Assembly (NCBI RefSeq): GCF_001447785.1
Contig: NW_015163678.1
Coordinates: 143,410-207,409, forward strand
Source: Gekko japonicus
Lineage: Eukaryota
Direction of reading: 5' to 3'
Length of the DNA: 64,000 bases
Positions within the stretch are counted from its first letter, which is position 1. Each line of letters starts with the position of its first letter. A program made the translations under genes and the position numbers. Shown here piece by piece: positions 61,101 to 64,000 of this stretch. Under the pieces are notes generated by a model. The model saw only the letters and a list, made by a program, of their open reading frames with translations, had not been told where the DNA came from and did no database searches.

Positions 61101-62014
61101 TTAAAGCCTTAAGTGAAACTTCCACATTTTTATGCATGTGAAAGCTAATGTTGGTAAATTCTGGGCCAGATTGCATAGTGGTCTCTGGCTGCATGCTATA
61201 TATTACGGCACTTAACCAGCTCTGTAATCATTAGTTACAAGTGACAAGTGCCAAATGTCCCATGCAATCTGTGACTGATAGCGCACTGCCATTTTGGCTT
61301 TGCCTCTTCCTGAAGGGGCACAGAGAGTAAATTGCTGCTGCTTTTTGTCTGTAACCCAGGAGGCAATAGGAAGGGGCCATTCCTTGTGCTCTTCACTCCC
61401 TGTGTGGAAAAGCATGCACAGGAATTACCATGTTGGTGCTTCTCTAGTGCCCAGGGCTTCTGGTCAAGGCAAGGGGCTGGTGCAGGCAAAGGAAAGGGAA
61501 CAAATGACGGAAACAGGCTGTCTCAAGCATGATCTGTAGAAATCAGTCCCTGGGTGCTTTCCAGCTGATAGGACCGTCTTCCTTATGGCTGTCTCTGGAG
61601 GAAAATGCTTGAAACTTTGAGAAAGGTGCAAGCTTTTGTAGAACACTGTGCTGTCATACCAAACAATTCACTGTCCTGTTAAACTTCTAGATCTGCAGTG
61701 TATTGTCCAGTGTTTGTAAGAAGGAGGGTCTGGTTCTTCCTCCAGAACTGGCTCGGAGGATTGCAGAAAAGTCTGGGAGAAACCTCCGAAAGGCCCTTCT
61801 GATGTGTGAGGCTTGCAGAGTCCAGCAGTAAGTCAAGGAGATCAAACCGGTCCAGAGTAAAGTTTTTGTTTCTTGCATTGTTTTAAGCAAATCCTAAGAG
61901 TGTCCTTTTTTGTAGGTGTCCTTTCACTCCTGATCAAGACATTTCTGAGACCGACTGGGAGGTGTATCTGAGAGAGACAGCAAATGCCATTGTCAGTCAG
62001 CAGACCCCCCAGAG
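54964..62014 (+). CDS. RFC3: Replication factor C subunit 3, spliced CDS exons 1-7 (3' exons not found in window)
   Basis: Seven GT-AG exons (87, 138, 68, 98, 182, 137, 99 nt) join in frame to [10 protein letters not shown]...GPSGAGKKT...IRSRC...QQTPQR, matching vertebrate RFC3 as I recall it. Confidence 0.97.
56812..56949 (+). CDS. RFC3: RFC3 exon 2 ([21 protein letters not shown]...EHQNIT)
   Basis: Acceptor TTGACAG, P-loop GPSGAGKKT, donor GTAAGA. Confidence 0.96.
57772..57950 (+). mobile_element. tRNA-derived SINE in RFC3 intron 2 (related minus copies ~19533-19740 and 62441-62640)
   Basis: GGAGAGACTGTAGCTCAGTGGTAGAGCATC head followed by a non-tRNA body. Confidence 0.65.
58330..58397 (+). 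CDS. RFC3: RFC3 exon 3 ([23 protein letters not shown])
   Basis: Acceptor TTTCAG, donor AAG|GTAACT. Confidence 0.95.
59374..59471 (+). CDS. RFC3: RFC3 exon 4 ([32 protein letters not shown])
   Basis: Acceptor TTCTTTAG, donor AAG|GTCTGT. Confidence 0.95.
60284..60465 (+). CDS. RFC3: RFC3 exon 5 ([25 protein letters not shown]...[17 protein letters not shown])
   Basis: Degenerate Walker B LLTEVD, SRC arginine finger; acceptor TTTTAG, donor GTAGGC. Confidence 0.96.
61691..61827 (+). CDS. RFC3: RFC3 exon 6 ([14 protein letters not shown]...[16 protein letters not shown])
   Basis: Acceptor [13 protein letters not shown] motif, donor GTAAGT. Confidence 0.95.
61916..62014 (+). CDS. RFC3: RFC3 exon 7 ([34 protein letters not shown])
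   Basis: 88-nt preceding intron, acceptor TTTTGTAG, donor GAG|GTAGGT. Confidence 0.95.
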
Positions 62015-64000
62015 GTAGGTGACCATATTGGGCTGCAACTGCAAGCGACTGGAAATGCAGTTTAACTTATGGCACAGTTTTCTGACTCGAACCATGTATT
62101 GTGGTACTTTAATGCTGTTTTCTGTTAGAATGTCTAGACTGTGTTTCTAGGAACTGGATTTAAAGCACGTAGGAGATGGTTGCATTAGAATGCTAGTATT
62201 AAAAGTCTTGGTCATGAAATCATGTTTTGTGCTTTACCTTGTCAGTGTGTAGTTTTTTTCAAGCCATATATTGTAAGCATCTGTCCGGTTTTCTAAAATC
62301 TTCTTGCGGTGGGGGAACACAGGTAACCATATCACTGTACATAGTTTGTGTGAAAGCCAGGAGGGTGTGAGCCCCCTGACCTCATCAGGCAGGCCATCAC
62401 AGGGCCATGACAGGGAATACACATGTATGGTCATGACCACATGAAGCTGCCTTATACTGAATCAGCCCCTCAGTCCATCAAAGTCCGTATTGTCTGCGCA
62501 GACTGGCAGGAGCTCTCCAGGGGCTCAGGCAGAGGTCTTTCTCGTTACCTACTGCCAGATCCATTAACTGGACAAGCCAGAGATTGAACCTGGGATCTTC
62601 TGCATGCCAAGCAGATGCTCTGCACTGAGCCACAACCCCTCCAAGTTGTGGGCAGTTGTGGATTTTGCCCATTTTCAGGTTGGCCTCCGCAGGAGGCCCT
62701 GCTATTGAAGACCAAACTTGCTTGCTCAGTGCAGTGAGGTTGTTCCAGCTGGAATTGATGAGGGCAGCTTTTTTTGTTTGTTCAGAGCTATAACACTCCC
62801 CCCCTCTTCACTTACGAAGAGCAGTGGTGTTGGCACTAAGTCATTGCTGTCCTAATGCTGATAAAGCTGCCAAACATTTATCTGGCTTTTGATTCAGTGC
62901 GTTGGCAAAAATATAATGACAGCATGTCGCATGGAGCATTTTACTCTTTGCTGCTGTGAAATGGATGATACTATTAGTCACGTGTTCTGTAGCTGATCTC
63001 TTTAAAACTTCACCATTGTTCCTGTTATTTTCCAATATTGTGTCTGTTGTAAAAGTCCAAATTCAGGAAAGAGGCAATATGATTGAGTTTTGAACAAGAC
63101 TTGTCTTCTGTGTGCATTTTTTTAGGAAATATTTATACTGTCTTCACAATGCTCAGAAAACAAAATTGAACAGGGGAAGAGGACAAAATTGCTTTTTGCT
63201 CTCTCTTCTGTTAGCAGAGTCGCACTGGTGGAAGAGGCAGAAATGGCAGCTTTTGTTCCCTTCCCACTCCCCACTAGGGGATGGGCACGAACCGCATTTT
63301 GGTGGTTAGAATCAAGGTGGAACCATGAACTTAAACGAACAGGGAGGTTGGTTCACGAACTGAACTGATTTGTATTAGTTCTTGACCCCTGCTTTCTGCT
63401 CCCCGTGAAAAACAGCTGAGCAGCAGGGAGCAGAAAGCTCCCCATGCTTTCTGCTCCCCACTGCTCAGGTTTTTTTGTGAAGAGCAGGAAGTAGGGGTTT
63501 ATGGCTTGGAGCCATTTAAATCCCTGCTTTCTGCTCTTCACATAACTGCCATAAAATTTGTGGAAGTTTGTGGTGGCTCTTCAATTTGCAAACATTGCTT
63601 CACAAACCATAAGCCAGCAAAAATTTGTCACAAACTTTTGTTCATGAGCCAGTTCATGCCCATCCGAACTCCCTACTGCAGCCTTCCAGCCTACATGGCT
63701 ATTAGGTTATGCAAGTCCCATGACCCACAGGAGCAAACTTTCCAGGGTTTGGAAAAGACTGCTGGGTTGGAGAGGGATGTGAGAAAGGTCTATGCTTGTA
63801 AGCACCTTCCCTGGTGACTTGTGGGATCCAACCCTTTGACTGGTATTGTGTCTTTTGGTTATGTTTCTAACTAGTTTTTTGAAACAAAGCATTTTTGGGG
63901 GGAAGTGAAATCTTGAACAGAAAAATATAGTAGTGGACCTCCCTCCCCCAGTCATTGCTATGTAGGATTCAAGACACAAATATCTTTTCCCTGTTGCCAG

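Noticed and set aside
62015-64000. RFC3 exons 8-9
   Set aside because: No LLEVRGRLYELL-like coding sequence was found; they presumably lie beyond the window.

Overview
Vertebrate genomic DNA, almost certainly a squamate reptile and probably a gecko (Sauria SINE, BovB, squamate-type L1, CR1, L2 and Penelope fragments). The first ~54.5 kb is TE-rich non-coding sequence with one 518-N assembly gap. From 54.5 kb a CpG-island promoter drives RFC3 (replication factor C subunit 3, + strand): coding exons 1-7 are fully traceable and the remaining exons were not found in the window. The most striking item is a young, 5'-complete L1 retrotransposon (36303-42198) bracketed by an apparently perfect 165-bp direct repeat. 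It has no poly(A) tail, no canonical endonuclease site and an apparent internal deletion in ORF2. Other items: a near-intact Penelope-type minimal hammerhead ribozyme, an orphan CpG-island promoter at ~14.2 kb split by a solo LTR, a degenerate ~180-bp tandem array at 45-47 kb, several hAT MITE families with perfect 8-bp TSDs (one carrying ETS-CRE/GC-box motifs) and tandem RFX-type sites in the RFC3 promoter. Family assignments come from motif recognition, not database searches.
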